From: Cyanidioschyzon merolae
Taxonomy: Eukaryota
Assembly: GCA_000091205.1 (NCBI GenBank)
Contig: AP006501.2
Direction: 5' to 3' (one strand)
DNA: 64,000 nucleotides
In this document: one piece after another, positions 1 through 9,732 of the stretch
Layout: each line of letters begins with the position of its first letter
Numbering within the stretch: position 1 is the first letter of the stretch
Notes under the pieces: generated by a model
Seen by the model: only the letters and a program-made list of their open reading frames with translations
The model's database searches: none
What the model was told of the DNA's origin: nothing
Position numbers and translations under genes: made by a program

Positions 1-865
1 TCGTACGTAGAAAGCGATCAACTTGCAGCTGTGAAAAGTCACTGGGCGAGCGCAACTCATCCAGATTTTCGACAGTTTCAACAAGCTCTGTATGCATGCG
101 TCTCCGAATCGAGGCTATAATCTCTTTCTGCACCGACGCGGGGAGTGCCACGACGGCGTCAGCATCGATGTTTTCGAGGTCTGGTAACTCGAACGCTTCA
201 CAATTGGAACCATCATCTGATATGATTTCTTCTGAGGTAGCGCACGGGAGTCCAAATTCTGTACTGTCCCCTGCCATGAAGTCAAGCTCGTCACGTTGCC
301 TGCCATTGGTGTTCGCGTAATGAGAGCGCTGCACTTCGGGCTGGTTGCCATCGCTGGGCACGCGCGTTTCGTCGCCGGTAAGGCGTTTCGCACTTGTTCT
401 ACGGGGCATCGTTGGATGTTTTTCACGTGCAGTATCCGATTGCAGGGCAGTTTCCAGGGCATCTGCTGGCGCTAATGATGCTGACGCCTGCTCCTTCTGC
501 CTCGCAGTACGAGTGAGATGCAACTGAGCGAGGAGTAATCGCTCCGCAGCCCGTCGAAGCCGCGCTCGGTGTCGGTTTTGAATGTGCCTCCTTCGCTCCC
601 GTGTTCGGCGCTTCAACGAAGGCACTCCGCCATCAAATACGAAGACCGCCTCTATGCCGTAATAAAGAAGTTTGCAGCAGCGTCTAAATATGCCCAGAAG
701 GTGAGCGTTGCGTACCGTGGTCATCGCCTCGGTATCTCGGACGGCTCGAACAAACTGGTTCAGCCAGATGCTCGCATCAACAGCGACTCGCCGCCCCGAG
801 AGCGTTTCGATACCGACACGCTGGCCTGCTGGTGCCAGCAGTTCCCAGAGGCCACGAACGCCCAT
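1..865 (-). CDS. XPG/Rad2-family DNA repair endonuclease, N-terminal region. Partial: the gene continues beyond the window start.
   Basis: The minus-strand frame is open from ATG at 865..863 down to position 1. It is absent from the ORF track because it is truncated at the edge. The N-terminus reads MGVRGLWELLAPAGQR...RVADIWLNQ...HLLGIFRRCCKLLYYGIEAVFVFDGGVPSLKRTRRERH. This matches the XPG-N domain signature (human XPG MGVQGLWKLL...AVDISIWLNQ...[23 protein letters not shown]). It is followed by an acidic low-complexity spacer (…ELPDLENIDADAVVALPASVQKEII…), as XPG/Rad2 has but FEN1/EXO1 do not. Confidence 0.6.
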   Translation of the reverse strand, partial: MGVRGLWELLAPAGQRVGIETLSGRRVAVDASIWLNQFVRAVRDTEAMTTVRNAHLLGIFRRCCKLLYYGIEAVFVFDGGVPSLKRRTRERRRHIQNRHRARLRRAAERLLLAQLHLTRTARQKEQASASLAPADALETALQSDTAREKHPTMPRRTSAKRLTGDETRVPSDGNQPEVQRSHYANTNGRQRDELDFMAGDSTEFGLPCATSEEIISDDGSNCEAFELPDLENIDADAVVALPASVQKEIIASIRRRMHTELVETVENLDELRSPSDFSQLQVDRFLRT

Positions 866-2033
866 CCTAGCAGAGCAAACCGCGTCTCTGAAACGCTAAA
901 CAGTCAACAAGCAGGCACCCCTACCCAGGCGACGCTGAGTGTGCGATTCTGGCCCGCTCAAGGCAACGGATTGGTAATTAGCTTAGAGAAAGGTTGTTGG
1001 CACTGCGTCGTGGCCAGAGCTACCGACACGCAGCCTCACGTGTTGATGGTCCAGAGCCAGCGCAAACGAAATCCACAGCAAAATTTAGCGACACTGCCCC
1101 GAAAAACTTTACAATACACAGGAACTGGGGAAAGTTGATCAGTACCCCACACGAGTGAACGTGCACAGCAGCATATATTCGTGCTTGCCCCGAGAAGCTC
1201 CGCGCCAAACAGGCTGCTCGCTGACGGGCAACGAGACGCTGTTTCTTTGTAACGGTACGTTTTCAGGGGCAAAGCCTAGGCGGGCGGCAGCGCGCGAGCC
1301 TGCCTCACGGGGCACGTATTCTCGCAGGAATGGACAACCTATGCAATGCTGTTGTTCTATCGATCTGGATGAAGAACGCGTTCCGTAGGTGTCGCGGGAT
1401 CGCTAATCATGCCTTTTAGTGGATGTTATCCGAGGTTTGCCCGGGAACGGCACCGTTCGATCCAAGTCAGAGAAGCCTGGCGAGGCACGAATGCACGCAC
1501 AGACATTCGGTTGGCAGAGAACTTCTCAGCGTGCCTTGAGGGCGTCTCTGAACACGAGCCATCCCTGCTGGTGGAGCATACCAAAAGAAACGCGGGTCAG
1601 AATGAGTGTAGAAATATGTGTTCCACGGATTCTTCTGGCAATTTTGGTATGCAAAAGCAAACGAAACATGGTGCCCAGAGACGCGCCAATGCACCATATG
1701 TGTAGCGCTGAACAGACACTGTGGCACAAGAGTTAGATGGGGGAAACCTCTGCGTAGAAATACAAAAACCCGAAGTTCAGGGGCACATCAGAACACAGCG
1801 CCACTACGGCATTCTGGGCTATCCCAGCTTCTGGCGAGCGCCGGGTCGAACTGGTACCCACAAGGATACAACAAAGCCGTTCCGTCGCTGTGCGGCATCC
1901 GCACCAGTGATCACCGCGCCATCGTCGGCACAACCGGCAGACTCAGCACCCGCAGGATCGTTTGAACGAAAGAGCACCTACGACGTGATGGCCGTCTCTG
2001 GTTAGAGATGGTACCCGTAAAATGATGAAGGTT

Positions 2034-2800
2034 CTACGAGTACAGAGGGTAAGTATATACACACCTGCAGACGCGTCCCAGTCTTTTTTGATTGGCTGCC
2101 TGCTTTCGGCTGCAGTTTCTCCCTGCGCACTTCGAGTCTGAGATGCTGCCCATAAAGTTCAATCGCGCTAGCTCCTCGGGTCTCGACTTCAACGCCGCAT
2201 ATCTACTGACATTGATGGCGGCTTTGAAGTCTCGGTTCACAAATTCCATGCGTTTCTTGCTGGCGCCGCTGCTTGTACTCACCAGTGTAAGTCGTCCTCG
2301 AAGTCGTGGCCTCGGTGCTACAGCAGTATCGTCGTCGCCGTCCCGTCGGGCAAACACCTTTACTGGACTATCCCCCTACTTCGTCTTCGCCACTTGCTCT
2401 TTTCCGCTCGATGGTCGGCGAAAAGGGGAATTTTTTCGTTTCCTTTCCGGGAGCCGGCGATGATGGCCCTTCAGGATCCCCGGCTTTCATATCCATACCT
2501 TTTCCTTGGGGTTTTATCTCTTCAAATGAACGCACTTCGAACGCGTCTGCTATAAACCGCGAATAAGCATTTGGTGACACACATCTGGATGTGAATCACA
2601 ATCGAGATGAAATCCATAGCATTGAACTCCTGTGCCATCGGAGCACCGCGAATGTCTGGCACGCGAGGCGCCCAGGGGACTGAGGTCCGTCCGCCCTACA
2701 CCAGGGTTGCTGACCCGAGGTCTGCGTACCGGAACCGCGAAGGAGCTTGCCAACTCCTTAGTCAATAGTTTGGTTGGGTTGTATTGGCGTACGCCATATT
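2034..2800 (-). pseudogene. Degenerate TnpB/Fanzor-like ORF fragment, copy A. Only the C-terminal RuvC-III region is clearly retained.
   Basis: Minus-strand ORFs 2034..2357 (…KKRMEFVNRDFKAAINVSRYA…), 2368..2580 (…IADAFEVRSFEEIKPQGKG…) and 2550..2765 (…RVSNPGVGRT…SRARHSRCSDG…) lie in different frames. Together they align to copy B ORF2 and to the copy at 23990-24520 at about 85% nucleotide identity over conserved blocks. The NRDFKAAINV motif resembles TnpB RuvC-III (D-R-D-x-N-A-A-x-N-I). Confidence 0.4.
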
Positions 2801-4299
2801 CGCCTGACTGCGTTGCAAGGTAGCGTAGCTGCTTTTGAAACGGAGCTAGCCCTGGTCCACGGTTCGAAAGTTGCGGGCGTGATGCGCGGCCCCATGCCCC
2901 GGAGGTTTGCCATTGAGGGCTTCAAGTTCTCGCTGTATTTGATCGTACCGTTTTGCGCTGTTGTGTTCTTTGGTTCCAGCGATCACTCCTGGCTCGAGCA
3001 AGCTGTCGAGCGGTGGCGCTACGTCCAGTATCCCGTCAACGAAGAGTCAACGCTGACCTCCGCTGAAATCACAAGAAGGGTGTTTAAACAGCCGAAAACC
3101 GGGGCAGCTGAGGACCATCGAAAGTGAGCGAGTCTCGCGAAAGGGCGCCGCCCTTGCGCCTTCCGGAAGACACCCGTCTGGTCACTCTCGATGAGGTTCT
3201 GCAATGTTGCTGACGATCTCAACAGCAGGATGCGTGGATGGAAGCGTGGGCTTGCATGCTCGTCGAGACCTGAAATCGAAGAATACCCAGGCCTGCGCAG
3301 ATAACAGCATCGGTTCAGAAGCCAAAGTCGCAGTCTCCATAAGCAGATAAGAAATGACATCGGAACGGCCGGCTGTCAGACACAGGCACAAGCCATCGCA
3401 TATCGAAGAAGCTCGCTGGCCTCTATTAGACATCGTCATCTTACCCAAACGCTCACATCATTCCTTGTGAAAAAGCCATGGACAACGTAACGCCGAGATC
3501 GAGGCCTCTGTGCTGCATAATGCCTGCAACGAGCACGTTGGTAATGTCTAGTGTCAGCGATTTCTCCCATGCGCCACAAGAGATAAACGATTGCATCTCA
3601 AGAGCTCACAAATAGGGAACGGCTTGCCTCGTTCAGCGCTCGCTTCGAAAAATTTTAGCCCTGTCTGCGAGGCGACAACGCGTATCGTAATGCAGATTTT
3701 TCTCTTCGACAGAACCTTGGCACAACCTAGCTATCCCCGATCGCAGCGCCTGTTCGCAGCGCACAGGGAAGCATCAATCGTTCCACCTGCTTCCAAGTTC
3801 CACACGCCGTGCTTTCCCCCGAAGGAACCAGTAATTTTTACGCCATAACGTGTGCCGAGTGCATGCTATGAACACCAGCCGTAGCGCCTAAACCGCTGGC
3901 GCAGATGCATCACAGAGACAGAACAGCTTTTCCATTCCACAGAGGGCGTCGCCCGAGCAATGCTACACCTGACACGGAAACAGGGCTAATTATGATTCTG
4001 GGATCCTGCAAGCTGTGCAGACGGACGCACTGCCTGCGACAGCGCGAATCGACATTATAGGAGACCACTGCGACCAGGGCGACGCCCAGGCGCAGGCTAC
4101 CGGCTCCTAGTCCCAGAATGATATGCGTTGCGGATGAGTTGGTCAGGTCTCAATAAAGCACCTGCCACTGGGAGGAGCATCAAGCACTAGCCTGGGAGAC
4201 ATGTCCAGCTCGCGGGAGTTTCCGCCTGTAAAGTAAACTTTCGAAGGTATGGATGTCTCTTCCCCAGTTTGCAGTTTCTCGAAGAGGGAAAAGAAATCA

Positions 4300-6450
4300 T
4301 TATATCGTTGCTAGTGAATCGTGAGTCTCTGTTCTTTGTTCTAAATAGCGCGGTCGATATGCGCACCTCGAGATTTGGGAGTTACGAGACACGACGCGCA
4401 TCTCGCCATGAAGGGAAATACGATCGTGATCATTCGTTGTCTTCTTGCTCTAACGACAAGTTGCATTCGCGTAAAGTCCTAGCAAAGTATTGTTTTCATT
4501 TCAATCGTGTTTCAACTCTCAGGTTAGTGTACTCAAGTGATTTTTCACGGTTTATACCGAATGCGCTCAAAGTGCGTTATAAGAAAAATTAGGAAAAGGA
4601 AAGTTACGGAAAGGGAAGCGGAGGGTCCTGGAGACGCGGTTTCGTCGGCTAGCGGAGAAAAACGAAAAACAGTGCGGAGCAAAGCGGAGCACGAGAAGAC
4701 CAAGGAGCAAATGCAGGAGGCCGCACGTCAATGGCTGCAAGAAAGGCGACACTACGACGATATGGTAGTGAAAGACTGACTTCTCGGACATACCAGGGAT
4801 CCATCCAAGCAAAAGTTGTGAGAGGCCATCAGAAACCGTGTCGATTCGTACTCCATGAGTGTTACAAAGGCTTCGTCAGGGATCATGTATTTGGTGAGGG
4901 AGATGTATCGCGACGTGACGCACATGGAAACAGTCGAGAATCCGGAAGGGTTTTTCAACATGGCGTCTATCCGCCACCTGATGCTCGGCTCAGGGGAGAC
5001 GTCGATGAAACATGAGCGAGTGCACGCCCTCCACGAAAATCACACCAAATATCGCTTCAACGGTATTCGATACAGGGGTGACTGGGGTATTTACACCTAC
5101 GGGGCGATGAAGTACATCACGAACAAGAATAACCACATGATCGTGAACCTCAAACGTCTCGTGATATGCGCCGTCTTTGTGCTGTACCCGGGCCTCTCTC
5201 CAGAGGAATGAGATGGGCCATCGTCAGTGCCATCACCAACGATCGTCATCATGAAGATGAGGTCGAATTTGTGGACAAGAAGACCTCACGCAGGAGCACG
5301 AATAAAGCTTCTGCCCTGCGTGCGGCTACTCAAGAGCATCGTGCAGTCGTGGGGCTGGTCAATCCAGCAGAAGAGGTATCAGATATGGAATAAAGCATGG
5401 GAAAAGAAGTAACAACCAAATCCTGCGCTATTTCGTATTCCTGAACCGAGAACTCGAACACAAGGCGGAAATGGAGCAGGGTGTGGGGAACAATGCAGAG
5501 TCAGAGCAACGGAAGGCTGCGCTTCTGGAGAAGCGCTTCGACGTCGTTCGTATCTGCAACATCAAGTCACAATTTGGTACAATCGGCTTCAGAGTTCTTT
5601 ACGGCATCATGAACGAGATCTGTCCGGAGTTCGATGTAAGGAAGATAGAGTTCACCGGCGAAAACCGGGAATTCCATTGGAAAAATATCTTCGATTTCAA
5701 ACGTCTCAAAACGAGTAAGCAAAAAATATTCACGAGGATGATAGAAACCGATGGGGTATCCATGTGTGTACACTATCCGCGCTTGAAGGCAGATGGTCCT
5801 GTTGCGTCGTCGGCGTCGCCCGTGACGAAGCATGAAGGTGAGAAGAAGGCGGATCCTACGACGCAGAAAGTGCGGGGAAACGACTTTGTCGTTGGCGCGG
5901 CGAAGCATGAAGATGAGAAGGAGGCGGATCCTGCGACGCAGAAAGTGCAGGATAACGACTTTGTCAGTGGCGCGAACCCCGGAAACACGAATATCATAAC
6001 CATTGCAGCATGCAAGCGTGCGGGAGATGGTAAGGACGGCAACTTACGTCTGAAAGACACGCGTCTTTTGAGGTTCTCGAGAGCAAGATACTATCGAGAA
6101 TCCGGTATAATGAATGCGAGGAAGAAAATCGACACATGGAATGCAGGAATGAAGGATCACCTGGAAGCTATGAGCGGGGTAACGAGCCGCGGAGCGGACT
6201 TTGAAGCTTTTCTGAAATTCATGGGAGTTCGTGCTGCTCACTGGTAGGCGCTGTGGAGAGAATATACCAAGCCCCGGTGTTCTCGTCTGTGTATGAACTT
6301 GTACTGTGGGAAGAAGCGTGCATTTGCCAACTTTTTCTATCAGTTGAACGCCTTGGCTGGAGGACGAGAGTCAGAGAGTCGTAACAGCGACTGGAGCAGG
6401 GCTCTGCGCGTCCAAGAAAGGGAGCATACTCCCTGTATCGACAAGAGCGT
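4300..6450 (+). mobile_element. Repeated two-ORF element, copy B. ORF1 (unknown, coiled-coil N-terminus) is followed by a TnpB/Fanzor-like ORF2. Both are pseudogenised.
   Basis: It aligns at nucleotide and protein level to copy E (62380-64000). The 5' untranslated leader is conserved (4340-4600 vs 62425-62700). ORF1 has in-frame TGA stops at about 4782 and 4824 where copy E has Cys and Gln codons. A conserved TAA lies at the ORF1/ORF2 junction in both copies. Confidence 0.45.
5471..6450 (+). pseudogene. ORF2 of copy B, TnpB/Fanzor-like (RuvC-type OMEGA nuclease family). It is interrupted by an in-frame TAG at 6245 and has a degraded C-terminus.
   Basis: There is a RuvC-I-like block …[18 protein letters not shown]… (compare TnpB vvGIDlGikNlaTlS; here D is replaced by N), then …GADFEAFLKFMG… (compare TnpB sWgeFrrqLeYKa…G). 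Immediately after the TAG comes REYTKPRCSRLCMNLYCGKKR (compare eYTSqtCSxCG zinc finger), then AFANFFYQLNALAGG (a degenerate HaDvNAAiNIa RuvC-III). An internal 16-aa tandem duplication ([32 protein letters not shown]) is present. Confidence 0.4.
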
Positions 6451-6548
6451 ACAATGAGTGCGCTCACCGTTTTGTTGTAATACCGATAGATGAGTTCCGA
6501 ACGTCATACATACACCGTGAACTGGGACGTACACTTCACAGGGTCGAG

Positions 6549-6926
6549 ATGGAGCAGTACCAGCAAAGCCCTGGAGATATACAAAAACACAGAGCGCTGA
6601 CGGAAGAGCAAATGGAACGGAGGGCGAAATTTCGTGGACTAGTCGCACTGGTGAGTGTACCCAACGGCAAGAAACGTATAGAGTTTCTGAACCATGACTT
6701 TGACACAGCAATCAATGTAAGGCGATGTGCGGTGCTGGAGAACAGACCCCCCGCCCCACCCCCCGAGTTGACTAGAGCCAACTTCGTCGGGCGACCTCTC
6801 AAGGTCCCGTTGAACGGAAAGAAGCTGAAACCAATAGTAGCTGGCCGGTCGAGAAAAGCCTGGGAAGCGACTGCGCGTCTGCGTAGAGACATCCACGCTG
6901 TCGGCGTGATGTATGCGCGTTGGTAA
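6549..6926 (+). pseudogene. TnpB/Fanzor-like C-terminal fragment, copy C. It retains the RuvC-III motif and has no CxxC.
   Basis: …FRGLVALVSVPNGKKRIEFLNHDFDTAINVRRCAVLENRP…ELTRANFVG… aligns residue by residue with copy A (…LRGRLTLVSTSSGASKKRMEFVNRDFKAAINVSRYAALKSRPEELARLNFMG…). Confidence 0.35.
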
Positions 6927-7310
6927 ACCTGATTTGCCGGCGGTAGTTTCTTCAAAAAAAGCGCTCCGCAGCCAGCCATTTTGTGTGCGCAGCGAGCGTC
7001 ACTGCCCCTTTCAAAGCATATATTTCATATCCTAGTATCATAAAAGTGAGGGAGGTGTATTCTGAATACGAATATTCTGACGTGAAGAGCTCTTGATTTT
7101 TTTAAACACGACAGCAGCCCATACACGGAAGGGTGACGGCGACGGTGCGAGCGTGACAGGTTCGTGTACTTATCGAAGCAACATATCGCCCTCTAGGCCA
7201 CTGTTTTGCGCGGCGATATTTCCGCACTGAGGTGGGGTGTTCGTATTTTCTGTTTACAGGTGCCATATATTCCTTCATACGGTGCTAAGCTGTGATATAT
7301 TTCGGAAAAT

Positions 7311-8945
7311 ATGGATCAGGAAGCGGAGGCGCCGAGGATCCAGACTCCCAACGACCGTCCAGAGTCGGAGGGCGCGCCAGGCTCCGAACAGGATGGGAAC
7401 TCCCCATACTATCCCAGGATACATATCAAGTCGTTTGCTTTTGAACAAGAGCCTCATAGCGACATGGGATCTGCATGTTCGCTGTCGCCAACTGCCAAGA
7501 CGGAGGTGAATAAGCATGCCGTGCCTGCTGAGCAGCCCGCTGGTGCCGTTCACATGCAACCAGATGACCAGGGCAAGACACAAAGAAGTGTACAGAAAAA
7601 TGATGATCGTCCATCTGAAAACAGCGGTGGCTCGGAGATGAAACGAGCAGGCGTGGAAACGACGCGCCCCAGCCGAGCAGCGAAATATCGCACGGCTTCA
7701 CCAACACCCTCCACGAAAGGGCACAATCGTGGCACTGGAGCAACAAGAGGTAGGCCGAGAAAATACCCGGTAGCTTCAAGCCCATCAGCGGCGGAAGCCA
7801 GAATCACAAAGCGTCCGTATGGGGCATCGAACTCCATGCAACAGCACCATACCGACCGACACGTTGTGCCGGCGAGCGATGCACCGCAACCAGAGACCCC
7901 CACGGATATCGTCCTCTGCGCCTGCGGCAACGTGATCGACTTTGGGCCGATGATTCAGTGCTCTCGTTGCAAGGGCTGGTCACATAAGGTCTGTACGGGC
8001 CTATCGGACGCGGAATGGGAGCAGCTGCAAATGCAGCACGCCCGCTATCAGTGCTGGCTTTGTGCACCACGTAACGCTCGACCGAACTCCATCGCTGCAG
8101 ATGCAGTGCAGGCGTTGGCATCTGTTCGAACCGGTTCCAAGTGGAATACGATTATGGGCCGCATCATCGAGTCGGCGGCCATGGAAAACGCGGAGATTGT
8201 CGGTATGCCGCTCAGCAAACCGCGAAAGCATCGCATGGTTGAAAATATCATGACGGGCACGGGTCCGGGTCGAACGCATCGCTCGTCGGGCCCTCGAGTC
8301 GCGTCAACCGAGGGTTCAGTGCCGCTTGTGCGAGATAGCGCGAAAGAGAACGAATTTTTCGAAGCGCTCGCTGCACATTGGCAGCGCAAAACTGGGCAAC
8401 CGTGGCAAACCCCTATGTTTCGGGGGAAATTATTGGACCTCTATGCTTTATACTGGGGCGTCAAGGCACGCGGGGGCATTGACGCTGTGATCGCGTCGAA
8501 GCGCTGGCCCGAGATATGGCGCACCATGCGCAACTACTACCGCGAGTCTACGGATCACTCGTTCCGACTTCGCGTAGCGAGCCAGCAGTACTTGGCTGAC
8601 TTTCTGAGGCAGTACGCCGGGCCTCAGCCTTGGGATGTTGAGGTGCTGCACTCTGAGGAAAACGCGGACGAGGCCGTTACCCAGCAAAAAAAGCGAGCAC
8701 CTAGCGACCTGGTTCCAGCAGGCTATAAGGCGAGCCGGCGTGAGCGGGTCGTTACCACGGAGGAGTTTGTCAAACCTGAGCTGGCGCTCCCGAGCTCTGA
8801 ACCAGGTCAAACGAGTGCGAAGAAGTCTGAAACGAACGGCCCGCGGTCAGCACGGAGCCCAGCGGGTTCTGCTGTTCGCAAGGCAAGTGATGCAGTGAAA
8901 CCTGCGCCTCCGCAAAGCGACGACGACGAACTGAGCCTCGGGTGA
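7311..8945 (+). CDS. Chromatin protein with a PHD zinc finger and an ARID (AT-rich interaction) domain.
   Basis: Single 544-aa ORF. The PHD finger is CACGNVIDFGPMIQCSRCKGWSHKVCTG…YQCWLCAP (C4HC3 pattern). The ARID block is ENEFFEALAAHWQRKTGQPWQTPMFRGKLLDLYALYWGVKARGG. The flanks are low-complexity and basic. Confidence 0.75.
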   Translation: MDQEAEAPRIQTPNDRPESEGAPGSEQDGNSPYYPRIHIKSFAFEQEPHSDMGSACSLSPTAKTEVNKHAVPAEQPAGAVHMQPDDQGKTQRSVQKNDDRPSENSGGSEMKRAGVETTRPSRAAKYRTASPTPSTKGHNRGTGATRGRPRKYPVASSPSAAEARITKRPYGASNSMQQHHTDRHVVPASDAPQPETPTDIVLCACGNVIDFGPMIQCSRCKGWSHKVCTGLSDAEWEQLQMQHARYQCWLCAPRNARPNSIAADAVQALASVRTGSKWNTIMGRIIESAAMENAEIVGMPLSKPRKHRMVENIMTGTGPGRTHRSSGPRVASTEGSVPLVRDSAKENEFFEALAAHWQRKTGQPWQTPMFRGKLLDLYALYWGVKARGGIDAVIASKRWPEIWRTMRNYYRESTDHSFRLRVASQQYLADFLRQYAGPQPWDVEVLHSEENADEAVTQQKKRAPSDLVPAGYKASRRERVVTTEEFVKPELALPSSEPGQTSAKKSETNGPRSARSPAGSAVRKASDAVKPAPPQSDDDELSLG

Positions 8946-9190
8946 GGCCTCGACCCCCGCAAAGACAGGCGTGCCGGGGCTGTTTCCACCTTATCTGGCT
9001 TCAGGTGCCGTAGCGCGTTGTCCGGTCGCTTCCTACGTCTGCCAGTCTCGATAGACAGACTCGGTCGTTCGCTTCAGCCGTACACAACGGGCTGTGCCCA
9101 CACCGGAGCACGTTCAAGTGTGATCCGGTGGCTTAAAAGCTTCCTCAGTGGGGCGCTGAACGCCGGCAGGCTCCAGAGCACGCTTTCCAT

Positions 9191-9214
9191 ACAAACACAA
9201 ACACACACACACAC
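9191..9214. repeat. (CA)n microsatellite.
   Basis: acaaacacaaacacacacacacac. Confidence 0.9.
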
Positions 9215-9732
9215 CGCCAGCACGGGGTCACTCGTCACAAGCGAGCACTCGAACGTGTGTAAGGCGGCCGCACTGACCACATGTGCACGAGTTCCGGAAA
9301 AACCGCAACTATCAGATACACGGTACTTGAGGTTTGCAATTTCGCCTGTCTTCGCGGTGGACTCTGCGACACTGGAAACGATTTCCAAGCAAAACCGCAA
9401 ATATTAGGTCTGCTGTTGTGCTTGTGCATGGCAGCTTTAACACCTGTTTTCGTGGTGAATCTTGAGATATTGGATAACCGCAATCGCAGCGCTGGAGTGC
9501 ACGCTGGCGCTCCTGATTTCGGTGAGCTTCGCGCGAGGCCCCGAATGACTCTCTGGTAACCGTGATGCTAGCCCCGAGAGCTCCGAGCTGCGAGGCGCCC
9601 GGGGTCCTCGGCTTTTCTGGACGGTATGATGCTAGAGTCTCTCGACACTAGATGCGTCGCGGAGCCGGAATGCGCTCCAGCGTCTGGGGTGCTGCGTGCA
9701 CGCCCCGAGACGCGACACCTGCAATGCATACG

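Noticed and set aside
569-1138. 189-aa plus-strand ORF at the window start.
   Set aside because: It lies antisense to the XPG/Rad2 N-terminal coding region (1-865, minus strand), which has a convincing domain match. It has no motifs of its own and is a typical GC-rich antisense ORF.
2811-2890. tRNA-like string with a GGTTCGAAAG T-loop-like element.
   Set aside because: I could not fold it into a cloverleaf with a complementary acceptor stem. The T-loop is non-canonical.
5394-5470. Reading the conserved ORF1/ORF2 junction as a spliceosomal intron (GAG|GTATCA … ACAAG|G) in copy B.
   Set aside because: Copy E has AT instead of GT at the putative donor. The 'intron' also translates in-frame into a conserved peptide (QILRYFVFLxRELExKAE) in both copies. 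A plain intron therefore does not fit. I keep it only as an unexplained conserved junction in the findings.
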